NCBI GenBank assembly: GCA_964645285.1
Contig: CAZYDR010000001.1
Span: forward strand, 4,182 to 68,181
Length of the DNA stretch: 64,000 bases
DNA from: an uncultured Alphaproteobacteria bacterium
GTDB taxonomy: Bacteria > Pseudomonadota > Alphaproteobacteria > JAAXGF01
Reading direction: 5' to 3'
Shown: piece by piece, positions 1 through 9,732 of the stretch
How positions within the stretch are numbered: position 1 is the stretch's first letter
How the letters are laid out: each line of letters begins with the position of its first letter
Notes under the pieces: generated by a model
Database searches by the model: none
Told to the model about the DNA's origin: nothing
Seen by the model: the letters and a program-made list of their open reading frames with translations, nothing else
Made by a program: the position numbers and the translations under genes

Positions 1-387
1 GAAGCTTTCGACAGCCGCTGGGAGAAGATGCTGGCCGGGCCCATCCATGGCACCGTCGATCTCCTCGACAGCCTGCGTCAGCGCGCCGTGCCGCTCTACG
101 CCCTGACCAACTGGTCCCGAGACAAGTTCCCCGTGGCCCGGGCGCGCTTTGACTTCCTTGCCTGGTTCGACGGTATCGTGGTGTCCGGCGAAGAGGGCCT
201 GGTCAAGCCCGACCCGGCGATCTTCCACCGCCTGACCGCGCGCCACGGCCTCAAGCCCTCGACCACCCTATTCATCGACGACTCCGAGAAGAACGTGGTG
301 GCGGCCCGCGACCTGGGATTCCAGACCCACCACTTCCGCTCACCCGAATCCCTGGGTGCGGCGCTTGCCGGGTATGGCCTGCTGTAG
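1..387 (+). CDS. HAD-superfamily hydrolase (haloacid dehalogenase-like), 5' end truncated by window edge
   Basis: The frame is open from nt 1. The C-terminal motif LFIDDSEKNVVAARDLGF is typical of the HAD motif III/IV region. The ORF track gives 28..387 as the M-started part. Confidence 0.6.
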   Translation, partial: EAFDSRWEKMLAGPIHGTVDLLDSLRQRAVPLYALTNWSRDKFPVARARFDFLAWFDGIVVSGEEGLVKPDPAIFHRLTARHGLKPSTTLFIDDSEKNVVAARDLGFQTHHFRSPESLGAALAGYGLL

Positions 388-433
388 CGCTGACGCGTTG
401 ACGGGCGTGGGGCGCTGTCCCACAATAGCGCTC

Positions 434-1921
434 ATGAAAATGCCCGAACCGGATCGCGACGCCCTGGCCCAGCGTGAGGCGTTGATTGGAACGTTCAGCG
501 CCATGCTGCTCGACGGCTCTGTGATCGCCGCCGACGACGAGCTGCGAGTCTACGAGAGCGACGGCCTCACCGCCTATGGCCAGCGGCCCATGCTGGTGGT
601 CCTGCCTGAGACCGTCGATCAGGTCTCGCGCATCCTGGCACACTGTCACGAGCGCGGCGTCAAGGTGGTGCCCCGGGGCGCCGGTACCGGGCTATCGGGC
701 GGCGCCCTGCCGCTCGCTGACGGCGTCACTCTAGGTCTATCGAAGTTCAACCGCATCCTCGACGTCGATCTCGGCAACCGCTGCGTGGTTACCCAAACCG
801 GCGTCACCAATCTCGCCATTACCCAGGCGGTGACGGCGGACGGCTTCTACTACGCCCCCGATCCGTCAAGCCAGATTGCCTGCTCGATCGGCGGCAACGT
901 GGCCGAGAACTCGGGCGGCGTTCATTGCCTGAAATACGGCGTCACCACCAACAACCTGCTCGGCCTCGAAATGGTGCTGATGGACGGCGAAGTGCTGCGC
1001 CTCGGCGGCAAGCACATGGATGCGGGCGGCTATGACCTGCTCGGCGTGCTGACCGGTTCCGAGGGCCTGCTCGGGGTCATCACCGAGGTCACCGTACGCA
1101 TTCTGCACGACCCGGCCTCGGCGCGGGCGCTGCTCATCGGCTTCCCGACCATCGAAGCGGCCGGCGACTGCGTCGGCCGGGTGATCGCCGCCGGCATCAT
1201 TCCCGGCGGCATGGAAATCATGGACCGCGCCGCGGTCGAGGCGGCCGAGGCATTCTGCCACGCCGGCTACCCGCTCGACGCCGGCGCCCTGCTCATCGTC
1301 GAGCTCGACGGCCCCGAAGTCGAGGTCGACTACCTGATCGACCGGGTGCGTGGCATCGCCGAGCTGTGCGGCGCCACCACGCTGCGCGCCAGCACCAGCG
1401 AGGCCGAGCGCGAGCGCTTCTGGGTCGGACGCAAGGCGGCGTTCCCGGCGGTCGGCCGCATCTCACCCGATTACTACTGCATGGACGGCACCATCCCGCG
1501 CCACCGCCTGCCCGAGGTGCTGGCGCGCATCGCCGAGCTGTCGGACAAATACGGACTGCGGGTGGCCAACGTGTTTCATGCCGGCGACGGCAACCTCCAC
1601 CCGCTGATCCTCTACGACACCAACATCCCCGGCGAGTTGGAGAAGACCGAGGAATTCGGCACCGAGATCCTCAAGCTCTGCGTCGCGGTCGGCGGCGTGC
1701 TGACCGGCGAACACGGGGTCGGCATTGAGAAGCGCGACCTCATGGGCATTATGTTCAGTGAGATCGACCTGGAACAGCAGCAGCGCCTCAAATGCGCCTT
1801 CGACCCGGACGGCCTGCTCAATCCCGGTAAAGTATTTCCGGAACTTCATCGCTGCGCCGAGCTCGGCCGCATGCATGTTCATCATGGCCAGACCGCATTC
1901 CCTGATATCCCGCGGTTCTGA
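434..1921 (+). CDS. glcD: glycolate oxidase FAD-linked subunit GlcD
   Basis: FAD-binding PCMH-type oxidase signatures (GAGTGLSGGA, VVTQTGVTN) and about 500 aa matching GlcD. The start is moved to the MKMPEP Met because the 356 start overlaps the upstream gene. Confidence 0.85.
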   Translation: MKMPEPDRDALAQREALIGTFSAMLLDGSVIAADDELRVYESDGLTAYGQRPMLVVLPETVDQVSRILAHCHERGVKVVPRGAGTGLSGGALPLADGVTLGLSKFNRILDVDLGNRCVVTQTGVTNLAITQAVTADGFYYAPDPSSQIACSIGGNVAENSGGVHCLKYGVTTNNLLGLEMVLMDGEVLRLGGKHMDAGGYDLLGVLTGSEGLLGVITEVTVRILHDPASARALLIGFPTIEAAGDCVGRVIAAGIIPGGMEIMDRAAVEAAEAFCHAGYPLDAGALLIVELDGPEVEVDYLIDRVRGIAELCGATTLRASTSEAERERFWVGRKAAFPAVGRISPDYYCMDGTIPRHRLPEVLARIAELSDKYGLRVANVFHAGDGNLHPLILYDTNIPGELEKTEEFGTEILKLCVAVGGVLTGEHGVGIEKRDLMGIMFSEIDLEQQQRLKCAFDPDGLLNPGKVFPELHRCAELGRMHVHHGQTAFPDIPRF

Positions 1922-3135
1922 TGACGGAGCGGTTTGCACCCACGGATGCGGCCCAGGTCCTCGATGTGGTGACCTGGGCGGCGGCCGAGGAGACGGCGGT
2001 CGAGGTCATCGGCGCCGGCACCAAGCGCACCCTGGGCCGACCGGTGCAGGCGGACCACCAGCTAAATATGTCGGGGCTCAGCGGAATTGAACTCTACGAA
2101 CCGAACGAACTGGTCATGACAGTCCGCCCGGGCACCCTCCTGACGGCCATCGAGGCCGAGATGGAAAGCCACGGTCAGCAACTGGCGTTCGAGCCGCCCG
2201 ACCTCGGCCCGCTGCTCGGAAGCGATGCGGCCGGCGGCACTATCGGCGGCGTCATCGCCTGTAATTTGGCCGGGCCCCGCAGGCCCAAGGCGGGCGCGGC
2301 GCGGGATCACTTTCTCGGGGTCGAGGCGGTGACCGGGCGTGGCGAGGCCATGAAGGCCGGCGGCCGGGTGGTCAAGAACGTCACCGGCTATGATCTGTGC
2401 AAGCTGTTCGCCGGCTCCTACGGCACCCTGGCGGCCATGACCAGCATGACCGTCAAGGTCATGCCGGCGGCGGAGAAGACCCGCACGGTACTGGTCGCCG
2501 ACCTCGACGACGCCGGCGCGGACCAGGCCATGACCGCCGCTCTGACCAGCCACCACGAAGTTTCGGCGGCGGCCCACCTGCCGGCGGCGGTGGCGGCGCG
2601 CTCGGACGTGTCCTATGTGGCTGGCGCCGGCAGCGCGGTCACCGCGCTCCGCGTCGAAGGCCCGGCGCCCTCCGCTGAATACCGCTGCCAAGCGCTCCGC
2701 GATTTGCTCGGCGGCTACGGCGAAATCGAGGAGTTGCACGGCCACAACTCAGGCGCCCTGTGGCGCGAGGTCGGTGATGCGGCGCCCTTCGTCGGCCAGC
2801 CCGGCCGCGTGGTGTGGCGCGTCTCGGTGCCGCCGACCGCCGGCGCGGCGGTGGCCGCAAGCATTCTTGCCGACACCGACGGCGAGGCGTTCTACGACTG
2901 GGGCGGCGGTCTGGTCTGGCTCAGTCTGGCTGACCATAACGTCTCGACGGTGCGAGCCGCCGTGGCCGATGCCGGCGGCCACGCCACTCTAATGGTCGCC
3001 GATGCCGCCCAACGCGAGGCCATCGCCGTGTTTGAGCCCCAGGAGCCGGGCCTTGCCGCCCTCACCGCCCGAGTCAAAGACGGCTTCGATCCGCGCCGCA
3101 TCCTCAACCCCGGCCGCATGTACGAAGGCGTGTGA
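1921..3135 (+). CDS. glcE: glycolate oxidase FAD-binding subunit GlcE
   Basis: MTERFAPTD...VIGAGTKRTLGRP, an FAD-binding domain lacking the catalytic C-terminal part, immediately after glcD with an ATGA overlap. Confidence 0.85.
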   Translation: MTERFAPTDAAQVLDVVTWAAAEETAVEVIGAGTKRTLGRPVQADHQLNMSGLSGIELYEPNELVMTVRPGTLLTAIEAEMESHGQQLAFEPPDLGPLLGSDAAGGTIGGVIACNLAGPRRPKAGAARDHFLGVEAVTGRGEAMKAGGRVVKNVTGYDLCKLFAGSYGTLAAMTSMTVKVMPAAEKTRTVLVADLDDAGADQAMTAALTSHHEVSAAAHLPAAVAARSDVSYVAGAGSAVTALRVEGPAPSAEYRCQALRDLLGGYGEIEELHGHNSGALWREVGDAAPFVGQPGRVVWRVSVPPTAGAAVAASILADTDGEAFYDWGGGLVWLSLADHNVSTVRAAVADAGGHATLMVADAAQREAIAVFEPQEPGLAALTARVKDGFDPRRILNPGRMYEGV

Positions 3136-3141
3136 TCGGCC

Positions 3142-4431
3142 ATGCAAACCAGCTTCACCCTGGCCCAACTGGCCGAGCCGCAGATAGCCGAAGCCGAGCG
3201 CATCCTGCGCAAGTGCGTTCACTGCGGCTTCTGCACGGCGACCTGTCCGACCTATGTGCTGCTCGGCGATGAACTCGACAGCCCGCGCGGGCGGATCATG
3301 CTGATCAAGGCCATGCTCGAGACAAGCCGGGGGCCGACCGCCAAGGTGGTGCGCCACATAGACCGTTGCCTGAGTTGTCTGTCGTGCATGACCACCTGCC
3401 CGTCGGGGGTCGATTACATGCGTCTGGTCGACCGCGCTCGGGCCCATATCGACGATACCTTCCAGCGGCCTTGGGCAGAGACCATGCTGCGCGGCCTGCT
3501 GGCTATCGTGCTGCTGCGCCCGGCCCTGTTCCGTCTCGCTCTGCTGGCGAGCAAGGCACTGCCGCATTTTCTGTCGCGGCTGTTGCCGGGCCGCCTTGCC
3601 GGGCTGGCCGCCACGGCGCCGGCGATGGTTCCCAACCCCTCCGCCGTTGGCCCGCCCCAGACCCACAACGCCCGGGAGCCCCGCCGCCTGCGTGTCGCTC
3701 TGATGCCGGGTTGCGCCCAGCAGGTGCTGGCCCCATCGATCAATGAAGCCACGGTTCGGGTACTGACCCGCCACGGCTGCGAGGTGGTTGTGGCCAAGGG
3801 CGGTGGCTGTTGCGGCGCCCTGGTCCACCACATGGGCCATGAGGACGCCGCCCGCGACGCGGCGCGGCGCAACGTCACCGCCTGGAGCGCCGAAATCGCC
3901 AACGGCGGCCTCGACGCCATAGTCATCAACGCCTCGGGCTGCGGCACCACGGTCAAAGACTACGGCCACCTGCTCAAGGACGACCCAAAGTGGAGCGCGG
4001 TCGCGGCGCAGATCGCCGGTTTGACCAAGGACGTGAGCGAGGTGCTGGCTGATCTCGGAATCGAGCTCGACGGCGGCGCCGAGCCCCTCGCCGTGGCCTA
4101 CCACTCGGCCTGCTCCATGCAGCATGGCCAGAATATCCACCTTGAGCCCCGCCAACTGCTCAACGCGGCCGGCTTCATGGTCCGCGAGATTGCCGAGGGT
4201 CATCTCTGCTGCGGTTCCGCCGGCACCTACAATCTGCTGCAGCCGGAGCTCAGCGAACGCCTGCTGCAACGCAAGATCGCCAATGTGGAGCGCTGCGCCG
4301 CTGACGTCATCGCCACCGGCAATATCGGCTGCATGATGCAACTGGCCCGCGCCACCGAGACCCCGGTGGTCCACACGGTCGAACTGATCGACTGGGCCAC
4401 CGGCGGACCCCGCCCCGTGGCGCTCGAATAA
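3142..4431 (+). CDS. glcF: glycolate oxidase iron-sulfur subunit GlcF
   Basis: Two 4Fe-4S ferredoxin motifs (CVHCGFCTATCP, CLSCLSCMTTCP) plus CCG cysteine-rich domains; third gene of the glcDEF run. Confidence 0.85.
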   Translation: MQTSFTLAQLAEPQIAEAERILRKCVHCGFCTATCPTYVLLGDELDSPRGRIMLIKAMLETSRGPTAKVVRHIDRCLSCLSCMTTCPSGVDYMRLVDRARAHIDDTFQRPWAETMLRGLLAIVLLRPALFRLALLASKALPHFLSRLLPGRLAGLAATAPAMVPNPSAVGPPQTHNAREPRRLRVALMPGCAQQVLAPSINEATVRVLTRHGCEVVVAKGGGCCGALVHHMGHEDAARDAARRNVTAWSAEIANGGLDAIVINASGCGTTVKDYGHLLKDDPKWSAVAAQIAGLTKDVSEVLADLGIELDGGAEPLAVAYHSACSMQHGQNIHLEPRQLLNAAGFMVREIAEGHLCCGSAGTYNLLQPELSERLLQRKIANVERCAADVIATGNIGCMMQLARATETPVVHTVELIDWATGGPRPVALE

Positions 4432-4495
4432 TTATGGGGACGATTGAACGCGCTTTCCAAAAAGTTCACCTCACGGCATCGTGTAGGGCGGGTGC

Positions 4496-4957
4496 TTGGA
4501 AGGCGGGTGGCCTCGCCCTATGATGGATCGCATGAGGATTATCGTCGCCATGGTCGCCATTCTGGTGATAGCAAACTCCCCGGCCGCCGCGCGTCAGGAC
4601 GACCCGCGCCTCGACGGCCTGTTTACCGAGCTCCTGACGGCGACCGACACAGACTCGGCCCATGAGCTGGAAATGTCCATCTGGCGCATCTGGACCGAGG
4701 CCGGCGATGAAGATCTCGACCAGCTCATGAACTTCGGCATCGGCGCCATGCGGGCCGGTCAATTCGGCCCGGTACTCAACAGCTTCAATGCCATCATCGA
4801 CGCCGACCCGGCCTTCGCCGAAGGCTGGAACAAGCGCGCCACCCTGTACTTTTATCTGGGCCGCTACAATGACTCGATCAGTGACGTGGAACGAACCCTG
4901 GCACTCGAGCCCCGCCACTTCGGCGCCCTCTCCGGCATGGGCCTGATCCACACCTAA
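4496..4957 (+). CDS. tetratricopeptide (TPR) repeat protein with N-terminal signal peptide; reading frame continues in-frame past a TAA to 5080
   Basis: Hydrophobic leader MRIIVAMVAILVIANSPAAA followed by TPR-like helices (ATLYFYLGRYNDSISDVERTLALEP). The stop is at 4955-4957, but the next 41 codons in the same frame (LDDEAMVLQWFEHALEVNPHMPF...) continue the TPR pattern. Confidence 0.55.
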   Translation: MEGGWPRPMMDRMRIIVAMVAILVIANSPAAARQDDPRLDGLFTELLTATDTDSAHELEMSIWRIWTEAGDEDLDQLMNFGIGAMRAGQFGPVLNSFNAIIDADPAFAEGWNKRATLYFYLGRYNDSISDVERTLALEPRHFGALSGMGLIHT

Positions 4958-5281
4958 CTGGACGACGAAGCGATGGTCCTCCAGTGGTTCGAACACGCCC
5001 TCGAGGTCAATCCCCACATGCCCTTCATCCTGCAGCGCGTAGACTATTTGCGAGACAAGCTCCAGGGCGAACCGATCTGAGTGCACGCGGCGTAGAGAAC
5101 GCTGGGAAGGCGGGATTTTAGCCTCGTGAAGCGCAACAGAAGTGCCGCGAAGGCGGGCCTGGCTGGACACCTCATTGGCAGCATTGATTGTCTTCTAGAT
5201 CCCTATCGCAAAAAAAATCGCGCTTCTAGGTAGACTCGCGGATATCCGCGAAAATTAGTCCGACGGGGCAAGGACGGGGCA

Positions 5282-5656
5282 ATGAGTTCAAAACGATTAT
5301 TGGTGGTCGATGACGAGCCGGACTTCCGCGAGTTCGTGGTAGAGGTCGCCGAAGGACTGGGTTACCACGTGGAAAGCGCCGCCAACGGCGCCGAGTTCAA
5401 AGTGCTGTTCGACGCCTGCCAGCCCGATGTCGCCGTTGTCGATGTGGTAATGCCGGGCATTGACGGTATCGAACTTGTCAGTTGGTTGGCCGACCAGGCA
5501 ACGAACCTGCGTCTCATAATGGTCACCGGGTTCACACTCCACTATACGGAACTGGCCAAGAAACTGGGTGAGGCCAGGGGCCTGCACTCAGTCACCACGT
5601 TGCACAAACCCGTGCGCCTCGCGGCCCTCCGCGAGGCGATCACCGCGGACGACTGA
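5282..5656 (+). CDS. single-domain response regulator (CheY-like receiver)
   Basis: LLVVDDEPDF acidic pocket, phospho-acceptor Asp in VAVVDVVMPGIDG, conserved Thr/Lys (MVTGF...LHKP). 124 aa with no output domain. Confidence 0.8.
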   Translation: MSSKRLLVVDDEPDFREFVVEVAEGLGYHVESAANGAEFKVLFDACQPDVAVVDVVMPGIDGIELVSWLADQATNLRLIMVTGFTLHYTELAKKLGEARGLHSVTTLHKPVRLAALREAITADD

Positions 5657-5944
5657 TTAATAACAAGGAACAATAATAGAGACTCATAGAGACGGCTTCC
5701 CGTGGTTTTCGGCCAGGCGCGTTTGTCGCCACGATGCGGGGTATCGCAAGACGAGCGCAACGATGTCCGCCAGGGGGATTATTGGCGAAAGCCACGGGAA
5801 GCCGCCGTCCTGGTCGCGTCCGCTTATCGCCGGAGGGCGTCAGGACTCCTTGACGACGCGCCGCATCGCCTGTGCGCTCTCCCTACCCGGCGAAAAGCGA
5901 AAACGATCTCTATGGGCCTCTACTATCGCTCCTTGGTATAAACC

Positions 5945-7504
5945 TTAAGCTGCCACGACTTTCGGCCATGGTGTGGCGATATGGGCTATGGCGCTATTGT
6001 CACCTGACTTGTCCCGCATAACCGCATTGGGTGTGGCGAACGAAGTTGGCCGCACACCGCTCTGCTCGACGATTATGGGACGCTTGGCCGCAATGGCATC
6101 GACAATCCCGTCGCCCAGGCGGGGATCCACGGTCACCCCCGGCCCACCGCTTACATCGATGCGCGGCTGCTGAAATGCGTTATTCAAGTTCATGTCGAAG
6201 TCGTGGATGAACAAGATCAGCTGGAATAGCGCCGGGAAGATGCGTCGCCCCCCCGAGGCGCCGAGGGCGAAGTCCGGCTTATCATCCCGGACAACCACCG
6301 TTGGCGCCATGTTCGACAGCGGCCGCTTACCCGGCGCGATGGAGTTGATACGCCCCGGCACCGGATCGAACCACAGCATGCCGTTATTGAGAATGACGCC
6401 GGTTTCGGGCAGGCGCACCATGCTGCCGAAGGTCGACATCAGGGTCTGGGTCACCACCACCATATTACCGTCGCCGTCGATCACCGAGAAGTTGGTGGTC
6501 GACGATTGCGCCTGGGAAACCTCACCCATGGTCGCCAGGCGGGTCTCGTAAGCCTGGAACAGGGAGTCCGCTACGGCCAGGTAAGTGGCGGCGTCGGGTG
6601 TTGAACCCAGATCATGGGCTTCGAGCAGCCGCAAGGCGTCAAGCAAGGTCGGGCCGGCGGACAGGCCGGGCGCCGAATGGATTGTCGCGCCGCGATACTG
6701 GCCGGTGCTGGGGGCGCAAACGGTGGTGCGGAAGTCCGCCAGATCCTCCTGCCGGAGCGGACAGCCGGCGCGGCGTGCGTCACCATCGATCTTTGCCGCG
6801 ATCTCGCCGGAATAGAAATCCTCGGGCCCGGCCACGGAGAGGCGCTTGAGGGTCGCGGCCAGGGCGTCGAGGTTGAGCCGCGGCATGCCGCCGTCCCAGG
6901 GCGCCGCCGGCGGGTAGCCACCCGGCAGATAGACCTCGGCGAGACTGGGATAGCGGGCAATGGTCGCCGCTTCGTAGGCGATGATCAGGGTGGCGTACCA
7001 GTCGATCCACATGCCCCGTTCAGCGAGCAATACGGCAGGCTCAAGGGATTCGCGCCAGCTCCGCGTGCCGAAATCCTTGAGCAGGGTGGCCATGCCCGAC
7101 ACAACGGTTGGTACCCCTACGGAATAAGGGCCGATGAAATTGCGGTCGTCGATGACCGCCGGCCAGCCAAAGCCACCGTCGCTGGTGCCGCCGGTCAGGG
7201 GATAGTCATCGGGGTTGACACCGCGCGGCGCCACGGTGCCGAAATCAAGCGACGTGACCTTCTTGCTCGAAGCGTCGAACACCTGAACAAAGCCACAGCC
7301 GCCGAGGCCGCTATTCCATGGCTCGACGATGCCAATGGCGAAACTAACGGCGACGGCGGCATCGACCGCGTTGCCGCCGGCGCGCAGCACCTCGGCGCCA
7401 ATTTCCGAGGCATCGGCGTGGTTGGTGGCGACCAACCCGCCGCGGCTGTACACCGCCGCCTTGGTTACTGCCCATTGCTCCGTGATATTTTCCGATGTGA
7501 CCAT
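5945..7504 (-). CDS. ggt: gamma-glutamyltransferase
   Basis: GGT family: the nucleophile Thr lies in SSTTNFSVIDGDGNMVVVTQTL and the GASGGRRIFPA motif is present. 519 aa. Confidence 0.85.
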   Translation of the reverse strand: MVTSENITEQWAVTKAAVYSRGGLVATNHADASEIGAEVLRAGGNAVDAAVAVSFAIGIVEPWNSGLGGCGFVQVFDASSKKVTSLDFGTVAPRGVNPDDYPLTGGTSDGGFGWPAVIDDRNFIGPYSVGVPTVVSGMATLLKDFGTRSWRESLEPAVLLAERGMWIDWYATLIIAYEAATIARYPSLAEVYLPGGYPPAAPWDGGMPRLNLDALAATLKRLSVAGPEDFYSGEIAAKIDGDARRAGCPLRQEDLADFRTTVCAPSTGQYRGATIHSAPGLSAGPTLLDALRLLEAHDLGSTPDAATYLAVADSLFQAYETRLATMGEVSQAQSSTTNFSVIDGDGNMVVVTQTLMSTFGSMVRLPETGVILNNGMLWFDPVPGRINSIAPGKRPLSNMAPTVVVRDDKPDFALGASGGRRIFPALFQLILFIHDFDMNLNNAFQQPRIDVSGGPGVTVDPRLGDGIVDAIAAKRPIIVEQSGVRPTSFATPNAVMRDKSGDNSAIAHIATPWPKVVAA

Positions 7505-7514
7505 GACGCTGCCC

Positions 7515-8399
7515 CTATTCGACGCCGGCGATGAACTCGCGCATCAACCCCATGTACTCGGCGCGCTTCTCGGCGAAGGCCATATGGGACGCGTCCTCGA
7601 TCTCCGTCACCTTGGCGCCGGGCACCAGGGCGGCGTACTCGCGGCAGGAGTGGGGAGTGGCCTCGTCGAACTCGCCGCAGGTGAACAGGGTCGGCGCCGA
7701 GATTTGGTGCAGCCGTTCGCTACAATCGTAGTCGGCGAGAGTGCCGTTGGCGGTGAATTCGCTGGGACCCCACATGGTGCTGTAGCACTCAAGATTGAGG
7801 GCGTCGAAGGCGCGCAGCACATAGTCGGGCAACGGGTCCATGCGGCAACCGTGAAGGCCGCTGAACACATCGACAGCTTCCTGGTAGGCCGGGTCGTCGG
7901 TGGTGTCCGCCGCTTCGTGGTGGTCGAGGGCGGCTCGGACCTCGGCGGGAAGCTGATTGCGATAGGCGGTGTTGTCAGCGATCCAGCGATGGGTATTGAT
8001 CAATGGGCTCGACAGCACCAAACCCGCCAAGTCCGCCGGGCGGCCAATGGCGTATTCGGCGGCAATGGTTCCGCCCCAGGAATTGCCAATGATAACAACC
8101 CGCTCAAGGCCCAGGGTACGGCGCACCGCATCGACTTCGGCAACGAAGCGCTCGACCCGCCAGTTGACCGGATCGCCGGGCCGGTCGGCCTTGCCGGCGT
8201 CGAGCTGGTCGTAAAAAACCACCCGCCGCTCATCGGCCAGATCGACCAGCGGCAACATGTACTCGTGGCTCATGCCCGGCCCGCCGTGAATGCACAGCAC
8301 CGGCACCGCACCGTCGTGGCGCCCGCCGTTGTCGCGATACCACACCCTGCCGCCTTCGACATCGATGGTGCCGGTCTGCTCCGCCTGGGGTTCTGTCAT
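7515..8399 (-). CDS. proline iminopeptidase-family alpha/beta hydrolase
   Basis: VLCIHGGPG... and nucleophile elbow GNSWGG are typical of the prolyl aminopeptidase / S33 family. Confidence 0.75.
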   Translation of the reverse strand: MTEPQAEQTGTIDVEGGRVWYRDNGGRHDGAVPVLCIHGGPGMSHEYMLPLVDLADERRVVFYDQLDAGKADRPGDPVNWRVERFVAEVDAVRRTLGLERVVIIGNSWGGTIAAEYAIGRPADLAGLVLSSPLINTHRWIADNTAYRNQLPAEVRAALDHHEAADTTDDPAYQEAVDVFSGLHGCRMDPLPDYVLRAFDALNLECYSTMWGPSEFTANGTLADYDCSERLHQISAPTLFTCGEFDEATPHSCREYAALVPGAKVTEIEDASHMAFAEKRAEYMGLMREFIAGVE

Positions 8400-8403
8400 T
8401 GTT

Positions 8404-9555
8404 TCACGCTGCCTCTCCGTTTAGCATTTTGCGGGCGATCCACTGGTACCAGCGCAGGATGGGTTCCTCCATCCAGCTCATGTAGCCCGGCGCCGCCTTG
8501 GCCGAGCGAACGCCCATGGCAATATATGGCATGCTCTCGCCGTCTTCGTCGAGGGCGCGGCTTGAATCATAGGCTTCACCGTCCGGTGCATAGCGGCGCA
8601 GTTCGCCTTCCGGCCGTACCGACCCGGCCCGGTAGCGCACCTGATCGACCCCAACCGGCCACAGGGCATAGAAACCGGCGCCGCCGGGATAGATCACAAA
8701 GGCATTGGCCGGATGGATCATGACGATGTCGAGGCTGGACACATCCTGTCCGATATCGCCGGGCTTCCAATTGACCTCTTCGATGAGATCGCGGCTGACC
8801 TGACGGTCCATGTAATAGGGCACCTGATAGCGCGTCCAGCCGTCACTATAGGTAATGTTGGTGGTGTTATGGGTCGGCGAATATGTCTCCAACGTATTCT
8901 CGTGGAGGCCCATGTGGTGATAGCCCTCCATGTTGTTCTCGTTGAAGTTCTTCCAGTTGCCCGGCCATACTTTGTCGTAGTGGTTGGTCATGGTCCAGTC
9001 GTCGGCGCATTTGTAGGGCGCGAACGCCTGATCCAGAGCTTCCACCGTCGGCGCCAACGGCGCGGCATGGTCGTCCAGGTTGACCCAGATGAGATCGTTC
9101 CAGATTTCGAGGCGAAACTTGGGCAGGCAAATCTTGTTCTTGTCGAACTCCTGGTGCCGCTCCATGTGAAGCGGCTGCACGAGCTTGCCGTCCAACTCGT
9201 AGGTCCAGTGGTGATAAGGGCAGCGGAAGCGGTTGGCATTGCCGCTCTCGCCAGGCTTGACCACCAGCATGTAGCGGTAGCGGCATACGGTGGAGAGCGC
9301 CCGGATTGCCATGTCCGGGCCGCGCACGATGACCAGGGGCTCGCCGACCAGTTCCACCGTAAAGAAATCACCGGGACTACGGATTTCGGATACGTGGCCG
9401 ACGTCGATCCATTGCTTTTTCCAGATGGTCTCGACCTCGAGATCGAAAAACGCCTGGGAGGTGTAATGGGCAGGCTCCATGGTACGCATGCGATCGACCG
9501 GCAGGTCGAGATAGGACTTAAGCGACCCCAGAAGGGTCGTGAGGCCGGGTTCCAT
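8404..9555 (-). CDS. Rieske (2Fe-2S) ring-hydroxylating oxygenase alpha subunit, atypical first cluster motif
   Basis: Rieske motif 2 is CPYHHWTY. The mononuclear Fe motif ENNMEGYHHMGLH is present. Motif 1 reads CRYRYM instead of the canonical CxHRGM. Confidence 0.8.
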   Translation of the reverse strand: MEPGLTTLLGSLKSYLDLPVDRMRTMEPAHYTSQAFFDLEVETIWKKQWIDVGHVSEIRSPGDFFTVELVGEPLVIVRGPDMAIRALSTVCRYRYMLVVKPGESGNANRFRCPYHHWTYELDGKLVQPLHMERHQEFDKNKICLPKFRLEIWNDLIWVNLDDHAAPLAPTVEALDQAFAPYKCADDWTMTNHYDKVWPGNWKNFNENNMEGYHHMGLHENTLETYSPTHNTTNITYSDGWTRYQVPYYMDRQVSRDLIEEVNWKPGDIGQDVSSLDIVMIHPANAFVIYPGGAGFYALWPVGVDQVRYRAGSVRPEGELRRYAPDGEAYDSSRALDEDGESMPYIAMGVRSAKAAPGYMSWMEEPILRWYQWIARKMLNGEAA

Positions 9556-9599
9556 AATATCCTCCGGATGGCATCGGTATATGTCAGAACTATAAGCCG

Positions 9600-9624
9600 A
9601 GACCGCATCGTCGAACCAGCTTTC
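9600..9624. repeat. 25-nt direct repeat copy A (24/25 identical to 14077..14101), a duplicated 3' end of the DUF1244 gene
   Basis: AGACCGC[A]TCGTCGAACCAGCTTTC. On the minus strand this encodes ESWFDDAV, in frame with and just upstream of the Rieske gene ATG. Confidence 0.7.
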
Positions 9625-9732
9625 ACGACGGCGGCAATGGTTGACCTTTCAATCGCCGCCGATGTTGCCGTACCATGAGGCGCGGTCGTCGTCTTCGCGC
9701 CGCATAATCCTGATGCAACGGTAGGAACCACT

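Noticed and set aside
356-433. Upstream Met (356) as the glcD start
   Set aside because: It would overlap the HAD hydrolase gene by 30 nt, and its first 26 residues (MRRLPGMACCSADAL...) are not GlcD-like. The MKMPEP Met at 434 fits family length.
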